DNA of 64,000 nucleotides from Candidatus Latescibacterota bacterium. Its GTDB lineage: Bacteria > Latescibacterota > UBA2968. Within the stretch, counting starts at the first letter, position 1; every line of letters starts with the position of its first letter. A program made the translations under genes and the position numbers. Shown piece by piece: positions 48,143 through 56,766 of this stretch. Under the pieces are notes generated by a model that saw nothing but the letters and a program-made list of their open reading frames with translations, had not been told where the DNA came from and did no database searches. Location: the NCBI GenBank assembly GCA_965116885.1, contig OZ220741.1, positions 3,744,001 through 3,808,000 on the forward strand. Reading direction: 5' to 3'.

Positions 48143-49537
48143 TCAGTATCCCCAGATCCGCTTTTTCGGTCGCTCCATTTCGATCAGCCTTTTGATCAAT
48201 AGATGCCGATGTTCTATCAGCGCATTGTTGGAGTTTTGCGATACATCGCGGTATTCGCCCCATTCGGCGTTGAGGTCGTAGAGAAATTCTCGCCCATCGT
48301 CATGTGCGATATAGCGATAGCTGTCAGAACGAATCATTTTCCAGCCCGTGGCTTCCATCAATGCCACGGCTTTGTCCGGGGTTTCCCCGCCGCAGAAAAC
48401 GGGATATAGCGATTGGCCCTGTAAATGGGATGGGGTGGGTACCCCGCAGGCTTCGAGCAAGGTGGGGAGTACATCGACGCCTTCGACGATGTTTGATACG
48501 CGATGTCCGCCTTTTTTCCCAGGGATGTGTATCAGAAGGGGGACGCGACTCACGCAATCGTGCCCCGGATAGCCTTTGCCATAGCGCAAGTGTTCGCCCA
48601 GCCATTCGCCGTGATCGGATGTGAAGATTACGATTGTTTCATCTGCAATGTCCAATTCATCCAGTGCGTCTAACATGCGGCCCACATGGTGATCGACTTC
48701 GCTGACCATGCCGTAATATCCCTGTCGCGCGAGGCGAAGCTCGCGGTCGCCGTAGTGATTTTCATTGCGTTTTTCATCGGCTTCTGGCGGGAAGGATGGC
48801 AAGGTCATTTGATCGGGGTCGTACAGGTCCAGAAAACGCTGCGGTGCAACCCAGGGTGAATGCGGGGAGTAAATTCCCGCGATGCACAAAAATGGGCTGC
48901 CTTCACGCGCGCGTTCTGCCATGTATTGAATTGATCGGTTCGCCACCCACGCGGTGTGTGTGTATTCATCTTTTCCGCGAAAGGGGATGGGGTGTTTGGG
49001 GAATCGCTCATCGGGATGATGCACACCGTCTTTTACGCCCATCATCTGGTGCCAGCGCTCTGATAATGGCGGCAATCCGAGGCTCAAATGGTCGAGTTGG
49101 TCCGGCGCCTCCATGCGTACCCAGGCGCGATATGCATCCTCGTAACACCCGGGTTCGTCGCTGATTTCCAGATGGTCAAATCCATAATCGGGATGTACTT
49201 CGCGGTGGTCCCGATTGGCGTGTGGCAAAAAGTGCAATTTGCCGATGTTTGCGGAGTGATATCCCGAATTGTGCAGCAATTTGGGCAATGTCACAAAGTC
49301 TTCGGGCACGGGTACACCCATATGCGTAATGCCGAGTGTGGAGGGATATTGTCCGGTCAAAAAACTCACCCGACTGGGCATGCACACGGGGTTCTGGACA
49401 AAGTAGTGGTCGAAGTTTATGCCCTCGTTTGCCAGACGATCCAGATTTGGCGTCTGGATATCGGTGTTCCCATTCACCCCCAGGGCATCCCACCGCTGTT
49501 GATCGGTGTAAATCAATAAGATATTCGGTCTCTTCAT
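48143..49537 (-). CDS. Sulfatase (S1, Cys-type)
   Basis: PNIL..TDQQR, CMPSR, GKLH, PHSP, SDHGE. Confidence 0.9.
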   Translation of the reverse strand: MKRPNILLIYTDQQRWDALGVNGNTDIQTPNLDRLANEGINFDHYFVQNPVCMPSRVSFLTGQYPSTLGITHMGVPVPEDFVTLPKLLHNSGYHSANIGKLHFLPHANRDHREVHPDYGFDHLEISDEPGCYEDAYRAWVRMEAPDQLDHLSLGLPPLSERWHQMMGVKDGVHHPDERFPKHPIPFRGKDEYTHTAWVANRSIQYMAERAREGSPFLCIAGIYSPHSPWVAPQRFLDLYDPDQMTLPSFPPEADEKRNENHYGDRELRLARQGYYGMVSEVDHHVGRMLDALDELDIADETIVIFTSDHGEWLGEHLRYGKGYPGHDCVSRVPLLIHIPGKKGGHRVSNIVEGVDVLPTLLEACGVPTPSHLQGQSLYPVFCGGETPDKAVALMEATGWKMIRSDSYRYIAHDDGREFLYDLNAEWGEYRDVSQNSNNALIEHRHLLIKRLIEMERPKKRIWGY

Positions 49538-49680
49538 GTTGTTCCTTTCTTTTGTGTGATAAGGTCGTCCATAATACCCAAATTTGCCGCTAAAATCCAC
49601 TGCCTTTTCCCTTGACACATCGCCCTTTTAATGCGACTTTGACGGACCTTTGGTGCCATATATAAACTGTGGGATTGAGT

Positions 49681-51090
49681 ATGAAAAAAATGATGCACGT
49701 TCTTATTGTGGTAACTTGTTTAACGGGATCTGTTTGGACGTCAGATACGGTTGACCTGGTGGTGTTGCATATCAATGATACACACGGAAAATTGTCTTCC
49801 TACGATTTGGGAGGGCACAATATTGGAGGGATAGGCCGTTTGTCAACGCTGGTAAAGCAGATTCGCGCAGAAAGTCCCGGGCGCGTTCTGCTTTTGCACG
49901 CGGGTGATATTTTTTCGCGTGGAGAGCCTGTGGTGATTTATACGGGGGGGTATGTGAATCTGTTGGCATTTGAAAAAATGGGCTTTGATGCCATTACACC
50001 GGGCAATGGTGAGTTTTATTTTGGGATTGAGAATCTAAAGCGACAGACTTCGCGCGTATCGACCCCTTTTGTTCACGCGAATGTGACGTATAAGCATCAC
50101 GATGGACCGATTTTTCCACCGTATTTGATCAAAGAAGTTCAAGGCGTGAAAGTAGGGATTTTGGGCCTTGGTCTCATTCGCCCCTGGCATCAGTCGTCTC
50201 AGATGCTGAGGTTGCATGACGCAGTAGAGACGGCGAAGCAATACATGCCAGAATTGCGCCCAAAGGTCGATTTTTTGATCGCATTGACACATATTGGCGT
50301 CAAGAACGACAGTTTGTTGGCTGCGGCTGTACCCGAATTGGATTTGATTGTGGGAGGGGATACTCACACGCGGTTAAATACGCCTTCGCGTATCGCACGG
50401 GCAAATGGGAATGGGAGTGTGTCTATAGTGCAAGCGCGGCATTATTACCAGTTTTTAGGGCGTGTGGATGTGCAATTGCAAAAGGCGGCGCATGGCTATC
50501 GGGTGATGGAGTTGAATGGAAAATTGTTGCCTCTTAAGGAGGCTATTGCGCGCGATGCAGAGATTGAAGCACTCATCGATGAATACACTAAGCCCTTAAA
50601 TGAGGTGATTTGTCGAACGGAACGCGACTTGTCCAATGCGCGAGATAGCAGGTCGGCATTGGGTGATCTGGTGGGGCAAGCGGTGTTAGATCAAACGCGG
50701 GCCGATGTTGCGATTCTGGAACGCAATGGGGATACGCACGGTGTTGCCGCGGGCGATGTTTTTTTGAACGATATTTATCGGCTGCGACAATACAGACCGC
50801 CCGTAATGCTCACACGCCTTTCGCGGGATCAGATCCAGGCGGTTCTCGGGGCGCGGATGTATCTGACAGCGGGCTGTTCATTTGATCGCGAGGATCAAAC
50901 TATCGCAAATCTGAAGATAGGGGCAAAGCCCGATTCTGCGGGTACCTATCTCGTTGCGATAGAGAGACAGGTCGCATTTCGCCATTTTTTCCGCGATGCC
51001 GCATCCGATTCTGTTGCATTTGATTTTACAGGTCAGCGTGTGGATACGGCATTGGAGCGGTATTTGCGCGATGTGAAAGTAATTCGCTAA
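49681..51090 (+). CDS. Exported 5'-nucleotidase/2',3'-cyclic phosphodiesterase-like metallophosphoesterase with a divergent active site
   Basis: Signal peptide, HINDTHG, AGD, GNGEF, LTHIG, GGDTH, C-terminal 5'-NT-like domain. Confidence 0.75.
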   Translation: MKKMMHVLIVVTCLTGSVWTSDTVDLVVLHINDTHGKLSSYDLGGHNIGGIGRLSTLVKQIRAESPGRVLLLHAGDIFSRGEPVVIYTGGYVNLLAFEKMGFDAITPGNGEFYFGIENLKRQTSRVSTPFVHANVTYKHHDGPIFPPYLIKEVQGVKVGILGLGLIRPWHQSSQMLRLHDAVETAKQYMPELRPKVDFLIALTHIGVKNDSLLAAAVPELDLIVGGDTHTRLNTPSRIARANGNGSVSIVQARHYYQFLGRVDVQLQKAAHGYRVMELNGKLLPLKEAIARDAEIEALIDEYTKPLNEVICRTERDLSNARDSRSALGDLVGQAVLDQTRADVAILERNGDTHGVAAGDVFLNDIYRLRQYRPPVMLTRLSRDQIQAVLGARMYLTAGCSFDREDQTIANLKIGAKPDSAGTYLVAIERQVAFRHFFRDAASDSVAFDFTGQRVDTALERYLRDVKVIR

Positions 51091-51132
51091 GGCTTTTGGC
51101 CCCCTTCTATTCACTGATTTCAGGAGATTGTA

Positions 51133-52422
51133 ATGCATTATAAAACACCGATTACCGATGTTCAGATTGAAGCCAATTTCGAGCACGCCGCCGAACAGTA
51201 CGCCGCTTTTGGCGTGGATGTTGAACGGGCTGTGGATAGAGCACTCGAAGTGCCGATCTCGCTCCATTGCTGGCAGGGTGACGATGTGGCGGGTTTTGAA
51301 GTCAAAGATGAGGCTGTTGAAGGCGGCGGCATTATGGCTACGGGCAATTATCCCGGTCGCGCGCGCAATGGGGATGAGCTTCGCCGAGACCTGAAAAAAG
51401 TGGTTGATCTGTTGCCTGGTCCACACAGAGCGAATATCCACGCCTCTTATGGTGATACGGGTGGCAAAGTCGTCGATCGCGATGCCCTGAAGCCGGAGCA
51501 CTTTGCGAGTTGGGTGGATTGGGCAAAGGCATACGATATCGGTATTGATTTTAATCCCACTTATTTTGCACATCCTAAGGCGAATGATGGCTTTACCCTG
51601 AGCCATCCCGATACAGGTATTCGCGATTTTTGGATCCAACACGGTATTGCGAGCCGCCGCATTTCTGAAGCCATTGGGAAAGCGCTGGGGGATGAAGTTG
51701 TCAACAATCACTGGATTCCCGATGGTGCCAAAGACCATCCCGCTGATCGGTGGACGCCTCGCGAGCGTCTGGTGGAGGCATTGGATACTGTTTTTGACGA
51801 TGGCCTGGGCATAGGTCCCGAATGCGTTGATGCGGTTGAAGGCAAGCTCTTTGGCCTGGGTATGGAGGATTATACGGTTGGGTCCAATGATTTTTATGCC
51901 AATTATGCGTTGACCCGGGGTGTACTTCTCTGTCTCGATATGGGGCATTTTCATCCGACTGAGTCGATTGCCGACAAGCTTTCAGCGCATTTTGCTTTCC
52001 ACGACAAGTTGCTCATCCATACGAGCCGTCCCATTCGCTGGGACTCGGATCACGTCGTTCTATTTAGCGATGACGTGCGCCATGTTTTTCTGGAACTCGC
52101 CCGCCACAATGCGATTGACCGCATGTATCTCGCGCTCGATTTCTTCGATGCGAGCATCAATCGCATTGCAGCTTATGTTATTGGTACGCGCGCCACGCGC
52201 AAAGCCCTTCTCTATGGCCTCGTTGATCCTACCGACCGCCTGCGCCAACTCGAAGCCGAAGGTAAGCTCGCGCAAAAACTCGCGCTGATGGAAGATATGA
52301 AGACGATGCCATTTTCCGCCGTGTGGGATATGTGCTGCCTCAAAGCCAATGTGCCTATCGGTGCTTCCTGGCTCGATGAGATAGAGGCTTATGAGCGCGA
52401 TGTGTTGTCGCAACGCGACTAG
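51133..52422 (+). CDS. rhaA: L-rhamnose isomerase
   Basis: SLHCWQGDDV.GFE, TGNYPG.AR, DFNPT.F.H, WIPDG.KD, DAVE.KLFG, D.GHFHPTE, RWDSDHV, DFFDASINR. Confidence 0.95.
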   Translation: MHYKTPITDVQIEANFEHAAEQYAAFGVDVERAVDRALEVPISLHCWQGDDVAGFEVKDEAVEGGGIMATGNYPGRARNGDELRRDLKKVVDLLPGPHRANIHASYGDTGGKVVDRDALKPEHFASWVDWAKAYDIGIDFNPTYFAHPKANDGFTLSHPDTGIRDFWIQHGIASRRISEAIGKALGDEVVNNHWIPDGAKDHPADRWTPRERLVEALDTVFDDGLGIGPECVDAVEGKLFGLGMEDYTVGSNDFYANYALTRGVLLCLDMGHFHPTESIADKLSAHFAFHDKLLIHTSRPIRWDSDHVVLFSDDVRHVFLELARHNAIDRMYLALDFFDASINRIAAYVIGTRATRKALLYGLVDPTDRLRQLEAEGKLAQKLALMEDMKTMPFSAVWDMCCLKANVPIGASWLDEIEAYERDVLSQRD

Positions 52423-52435
52423 GGAACCGGATGTA

Positions 52436-52469
52436 AAAACGCCCGTCAGAGTGCTCTGGCGGGCGTTTT
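52436..52469. terminator. Bidirectional intrinsic terminator
   Basis: AAAACGCCCGTCAGAG-TG-CTCTGGCGGGCGTTTT between convergent genes. Confidence 0.8.
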
Positions 52470-52493
52470 GTTATGTGTAGATGAATCAGTCTC

Positions 52494-53339
52494 TCAAATC
52501 GTCAATGTTACGAAATCTTTTTTTACTATCTCTTTTTCATGCGTATAGGATTGTGTCTCGAGAAGCTCTCGCGTTTCGGGTGAAAGCCGCGCCAGTACTG
52601 AATCGGGGTATTCGCGGATTTGTCGGTGATATTGCGGGCGGTATCTGAGAATAAAGAAACGGCGATCCCGATCCTTGGGTTGCCAGGCCATTGCCCCATG
52701 TGTCATCAATTCTGTGGTTACGACAATATCGCCAGCACGGGCTGTGATATTTGCCACGCCGAGGGGCACATCTTTTTCAATCCACCCGTCGTTGAACACA
52801 TCAGGAGGTCGCTTAAAATCGCTTTTGTGCGATCCCGGCACGAGCAGCAATCCGCCATCTCCGGGCAAGACATCTGTGAGATAGATAAACACCACCAGGT
52901 CGTCGCAATAAATTTTCCCATCGTCACAGCTATATCGACAACTATAGGGACCAAAACTCTCGCGCGAACAATGCAAGCGATGGACGGGGTCTTTAGCCGT
53001 ATTGATCCGCACTTCACCGCTGTTTAGCCTCGGTCGTCGCCCAGATACTTCCAGTACAATGGGCCAGAATGAACGGTGAAAGACCAACGCTTCCAGTACT
53101 TTGTCAAAAGCAAAAGCGTATTTGAATTGTGTGCGATTTTTGTCAAATAATGAGGTTGAACGCCCAAATCCTTCGGGTAGTTCATCCTCTGAGGCATTTA
53201 CATACCGATTTATAGCCTGTTGTGCGGCTTTTAGTTCTGTTCGTTTAAGTGCTTGTTCCAGGTGCAGATATCCCATCATATCAAATAAATAGCGCTGTGC
53301 ATCTGTCATCATGATGATCTCCTGTCTTTTGTCATCCAT
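52494..53339 (-). CDS. PhyH-like Fe(II)/2OG enzyme with atypical HxS motif
   Basis: YLFD..GYL, LTDV..GDGG...VPGSHK, AGD......HG, RR; LHCS where HxD is expected. Confidence 0.75.
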   Translation of the reverse strand: MDDKRQEIIMMTDAQRYLFDMMGYLHLEQALKRTELKAAQQAINRYVNASEDELPEGFGRSTSLFDKNRTQFKYAFAFDKVLEALVFHRSFWPIVLEVSGRRPRLNSGEVRINTAKDPVHRLHCSRESFGPYSCRYSCDDGKIYCDDLVVFIYLTDVLPGDGGLLLVPGSHKSDFKRPPDVFNDGWIEKDVPLGVANITARAGDIVVTTELMTHGAMAWQPKDRDRRFFILRYRPQYHRQIREYPDSVLARLSPETRELLETQSYTHEKEIVKKDFVTLTI

Positions 53340-54159
53340 AAGCGCCGTGGTCTAAGAATCCGACGAGGCGTCTGAGTCTATCGTTTGCCTTGCGATAGAT
53401 ATGCTCGGGCATGGTGTAGTTCATAAAGGGATAGTATTTGTGGCCAATGAGCCGCCTGCCATAGGTAATTTGCGTGATGTAGCGGCTGCGATTGCTCTGA
53501 TTTGGTCCACCCCTGTGCCAGACTTGATTGTTGAACATGATGACGCTACCGGCTTTGCCGAGGTTGTAATGCACTTTGTCCTGCCATTTTTCCCATGCAA
53601 CCTGGCTTTCACCAATGAGATGTGAGCCTGGAATGACTTCTGTACCACCGTGTTCGATTTTCGTGACATCGGTGAGATAATAATTGCAGGTGAATACGAG
53701 TACGGGAAGGTGGATGTTTGTCGGTGGCTTGCCATCGGTGACAACATAATGCGGGGCGTCGTCCTGATGCCAGGTGGTGAGGCCGCCGCCGGGGGGTGTG
53801 ATAAAGGAGTTGTTGTGTATAACGTGACAATTTTCGGCAACGAGGGCTTCGGCAAAGCTGACGATGGGTTCGAGGTCAAACAGGTTGAGGTTGGCCTGGC
53901 TGTGCTCGAACATGCGATGGCACAGGCGGTGGCTGGATTTGCTGCTTTGTGGGTTGAGCTTGCCATTGGGGTCTTTGTCCCGGCTGGTAAAATGCGAGAG
54001 AGACCAGTCGAGATCCGCTTTGAGTTGTGCGATGTGTTCTTCTTTTAAGACATCTTCGAGAAATAGAAATCCGTCTCTGTTAAATTGTTCTACCCATTCG
54101 GAGATTTGATCTGCATCGAGTGGATAGTTGGATTCAAAGCGCTGATTTTGTGGTTTCAT
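53332..54159 (-). CDS. PhyH-family Fe(II)/2OG dioxygenase
   Basis: WHQD, PGSH, WHRGGPN.S..R; GGAGG RBS before ATG at 54159. Confidence 0.85.
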   Translation of the reverse strand: MKPQNQRFESNYPLDADQISEWVEQFNRDGFLFLEDVLKEEHIAQLKADLDWSLSHFTSRDKDPNGKLNPQSSKSSHRLCHRMFEHSQANLNLFDLEPIVSFAEALVAENCHVIHNNSFITPPGGGLTTWHQDDAPHYVVTDGKPPTNIHLPVLVFTCNYYLTDVTKIEHGGTEVIPGSHLIGESQVAWEKWQDKVHYNLGKAGSVIMFNNQVWHRGGPNQSNRSRYITQITYGRRLIGHKYYPFMNYTMPEHIYRKANDRLRRLVGFLDHGAYG

Positions 54160-54254
54160 AATGGCCTCCAAAGGAAGTGAGAAGCAAGGAGTGAGAAGGC
54201 CACCCCATACCGCCAAAAAGGCTGGTGCTTCATCACACTTCACAATCCCTCTTT

Positions 54255-54284
54255 TTCATCTGCGTTCATCTGCGTTCATCTGCG
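54255..54284 (-). repeat. (CGCAGATGAA)x3 perfect tandem repeat
   Basis: TTCATCTGCG three times on the + strand; it encodes the last residues (QMNADERR) and the stop of the 54256 gene. Confidence 0.75.
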
Positions 54285-56316
54285 GATACTTTTCGCCTAT
54301 TACTACCAAAATTGGCAAGCCATCCCGTATTTCTATTTGGGCGTCGCGAGACACTGTTTCGGTTTCTCCGGTGCATAGATGATAGATGCGAACAGGGCTG
54401 ATGTCGAGTGAAAATTCAAGGGTGTCGAGATCGAAAATATCTTGGGCAGGTAGTACGAGAGCGAGTTGGCGATTGGTGTTGTTGAGATACAGGACACGGT
54501 TGTTTTCGCATATTTGTTCGGCGGGATCTGTAAAGGTGGTGTCGTGAACGGGACTGTTGAGGAGTGTGTTCAGACAACGCAGGGTGTGAAAGGGAGGACG
54601 GGGGTTGCAGAGGGTGTCGAGCAATCCATGTGTGACATCCATTGTGCGGTCAAAGTCGGTGAGTGGATCGACAAAGAGACGTGCGCCTGGCAGGCGGACA
54701 ATGGCAAATGTGGCTTCGGCAATTCGGCGGGCATTGGTGCTGTCGTTCTGCGCGTCTAATTCGAGGGATATGTCGATGTAGCCGATATTCGAGTATTTGC
54801 GTTCGCTCAGGGATTGGATATAAGTCCAGGGCGATTGGTTGGGCGGTACGCGGCTGAGTACGCGCTGCAGGTGCATATCGGCATTTTGAAGGGTCGCATT
54901 CAGGTTTTCGAGTTCGTCGAGTTGATAACCCATTCGGGTTCGCAGGTGTTGTTTGCCGTGTACGCGTTCGTTGGGGATGATGGGACAAATCGAGAGTTCT
55001 GCGAGTTCTGCACATCGATTGAGTGTTTCGCAAACTTCATCGGATGATAGCGAAGGATCAGATATCTGAATTTCCCAGTTCTGTATGAGATCGAGGTTGG
55101 CTTTGATGTGTTCGGGCAATGAGGCGATGCGCGGTTCGAGGAATGTGGCAATGGGCGTTATCCCTTCGGCACAGAGCATTTCGAGGCGTGTGCGCTGAAA
55201 GGGGTCGCGCAGGTCGCGCCAGGGAAAGCGCACAAATTTGGTGCCGAGTTCTATGCAGGCAAAAAGATGCTGGTCATTGCGCACTTTTTGACGTATGACA
55301 GAGGGATAGGCGATTGGGAGTTCCGCAATGGGCGTGATGGGGTGGCGAAGGGTGAGCCCAACGGGGGAAGACAGAGTGGCGGATGTGCAGGTGACGAGGC
55401 GGTCGCGGGCAGGGCGTTTTGTTTCGCCTTTTGTGCGGATGAAGTGGATGTCGGTGTGTTCGGCGCGTATGCGGAGGAGATAAAATCCCAGCTTGCCCGT
55501 GTCGTCTCGCCCCTGTTCGGGTGGCGGCGCACTGGCATAGAGATGACCGAATCCCGGGCGCGTAAAGGATGTGGAAGGGGTGATGAAATAGCGCGTTTTT
55601 CCAATTTTGTCATAAAAGGGATAGTGTACGTGTGCAGCGAAGAGGCGTTCGATTCCGTATTTTTCAATCAGTGCGAGGAGGCGGTCTCGATCTGGCGGGC
55701 TGATATTGTCGTAGTGTCCCAATCCCGGTTCATTTTTATCCCCAAGATACAAGGGCAGGTGAAAGAAGAGAAAGAGCCGCTGATTTTTATGTTTTTCAAG
55801 GTCGGATTCAAACCATTCCCACTGGTCGTCTGCTTCGGGGATTTTTGAGTTGAGGATCTGGGAATTGAGCACGATAAAATGACAATCGTCGCGGTCAAAA
55901 CTGTACCAGGAAGGTCCAAAGAGTTCGTGGAAGAATGCGAGCGATTCCGCGGTTGCCGCATGGGTGGGCATGGTGGGGTCAGCTTTGTCGCCGATATCGT
56001 GATTGCCAGCGACATAGTGGGGAGAAATATTACAGGCGCGTATCTGATCGCGCGCTTCGAACATCGCGCGTTTGAAGTCCGGTGTTCCGGGATATTCCTG
56101 GACGAGGTCGCCCATGTGGATGACAAAGTCCGCCCCTATATCTGATACCTGTTGCAGGGCAATGCCAGCACGCTGGGTTTGCACGCGGCGCGATTCAAAT
56201 TCGAGGGGGCGGTCGCCAACGTCAATCATGTAATGCGTGTCGGCGATGACCACGTATTCAAATTGAGCGGGGGGGAGGTGGGTTTTGTCGAAGATTATTC
56301 TTTTTCTGCTTTCCAT
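54256..56316 (-). CDS. Calcineurin-like metallophosphoesterase with a large uncharacterised C-terminal domain
   Basis: DTH, GD, GNHD, H.P, AHVH in the N-terminal ~290 aa. Confidence 0.75.
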   Translation of the reverse strand: MESRKRIIFDKTHLPPAQFEYVVIADTHYMIDVGDRPLEFESRRVQTQRAGIALQQVSDIGADFVIHMGDLVQEYPGTPDFKRAMFEARDQIRACNISPHYVAGNHDIGDKADPTMPTHAATAESLAFFHELFGPSWYSFDRDDCHFIVLNSQILNSKIPEADDQWEWFESDLEKHKNQRLFLFFHLPLYLGDKNEPGLGHYDNISPPDRDRLLALIEKYGIERLFAAHVHYPFYDKIGKTRYFITPSTSFTRPGFGHLYASAPPPEQGRDDTGKLGFYLLRIRAEHTDIHFIRTKGETKRPARDRLVTCTSATLSSPVGLTLRHPITPIAELPIAYPSVIRQKVRNDQHLFACIELGTKFVRFPWRDLRDPFQRTRLEMLCAEGITPIATFLEPRIASLPEHIKANLDLIQNWEIQISDPSLSSDEVCETLNRCAELAELSICPIIPNERVHGKQHLRTRMGYQLDELENLNATLQNADMHLQRVLSRVPPNQSPWTYIQSLSERKYSNIGYIDISLELDAQNDSTNARRIAEATFAIVRLPGARLFVDPLTDFDRTMDVTHGLLDTLCNPRPPFHTLRCLNTLLNSPVHDTTFTDPAEQICENNRVLYLNNTNRQLALVLPAQDIFDLDTLEFSLDISPVRIYHLCTGETETVSRDAQIEIRDGLPILVVIGEKYPQMNADERR

Positions 56317-56720
56317 TCGGCGATTTTTTCATCGGCTTTGCGACGCAGTTCGCGGCCCTTGTCCGGGGTGGGGTCTTCGATGAGGCCATAGACCTGGCGG
56401 CCTTCGTGATCTTCGGGTAAGTATTCTGTAATGGGCATGCCTTCAGGGGTGACAAAGAGCAGGCAGTGACAGTATTTGAAAATTTTCATTTCGTCACAGG
56501 CACAGACCCATTCGCGGCTGCGTTCGAGTTCGGCCTTTTTGTCGGGATAAAAGTTGCAGGGGCAAAGCGGACGGCCCAGTTCGTCGATGTTTTCTGCAAG
56601 ACCGCAGATGACTGTGTCGGCGACTTCCCGGGTCGGATGCGGCGATGTCCCGGTTTTTTCCCAGTATTTTTCCGTGTATATCTGCATTCTTTTGAGGCTT
56701 TTTTCTGTGGGTTCTGACAT
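56295..56720 (-). CDS. Ferredoxin:thioredoxin reductase catalytic (beta) subunit-like protein
   Basis: G.PLCPC...CAC...CHCLLF [4Fe-4S]/disulfide motif set. Confidence 0.85.
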   Translation of the reverse strand: MSEPTEKSLKRMQIYTEKYWEKTGTSPHPTREVADTVICGLAENIDELGRPLCPCNFYPDKKAELERSREWVCACDEMKIFKYCHCLLFVTPEGMPITEYLPEDHEGRQVYGLIEDPTPDKGRELRRKADEKIAEWKAEKE

Positions 56721-56766
56721 GGCGATACCGATCCTTTCTTTCTAGCACATCTTAACATAAGAAGTG

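Noticed and set aside
50878..51954. 358-aa minus-strand ORF
   Set aside because: Antisense to rhaA and the nucleotidase; shadow ORF.
54255..54284. Possible CRISPR array
   Set aside because: 10-nt units with no spacers and no cas genes.
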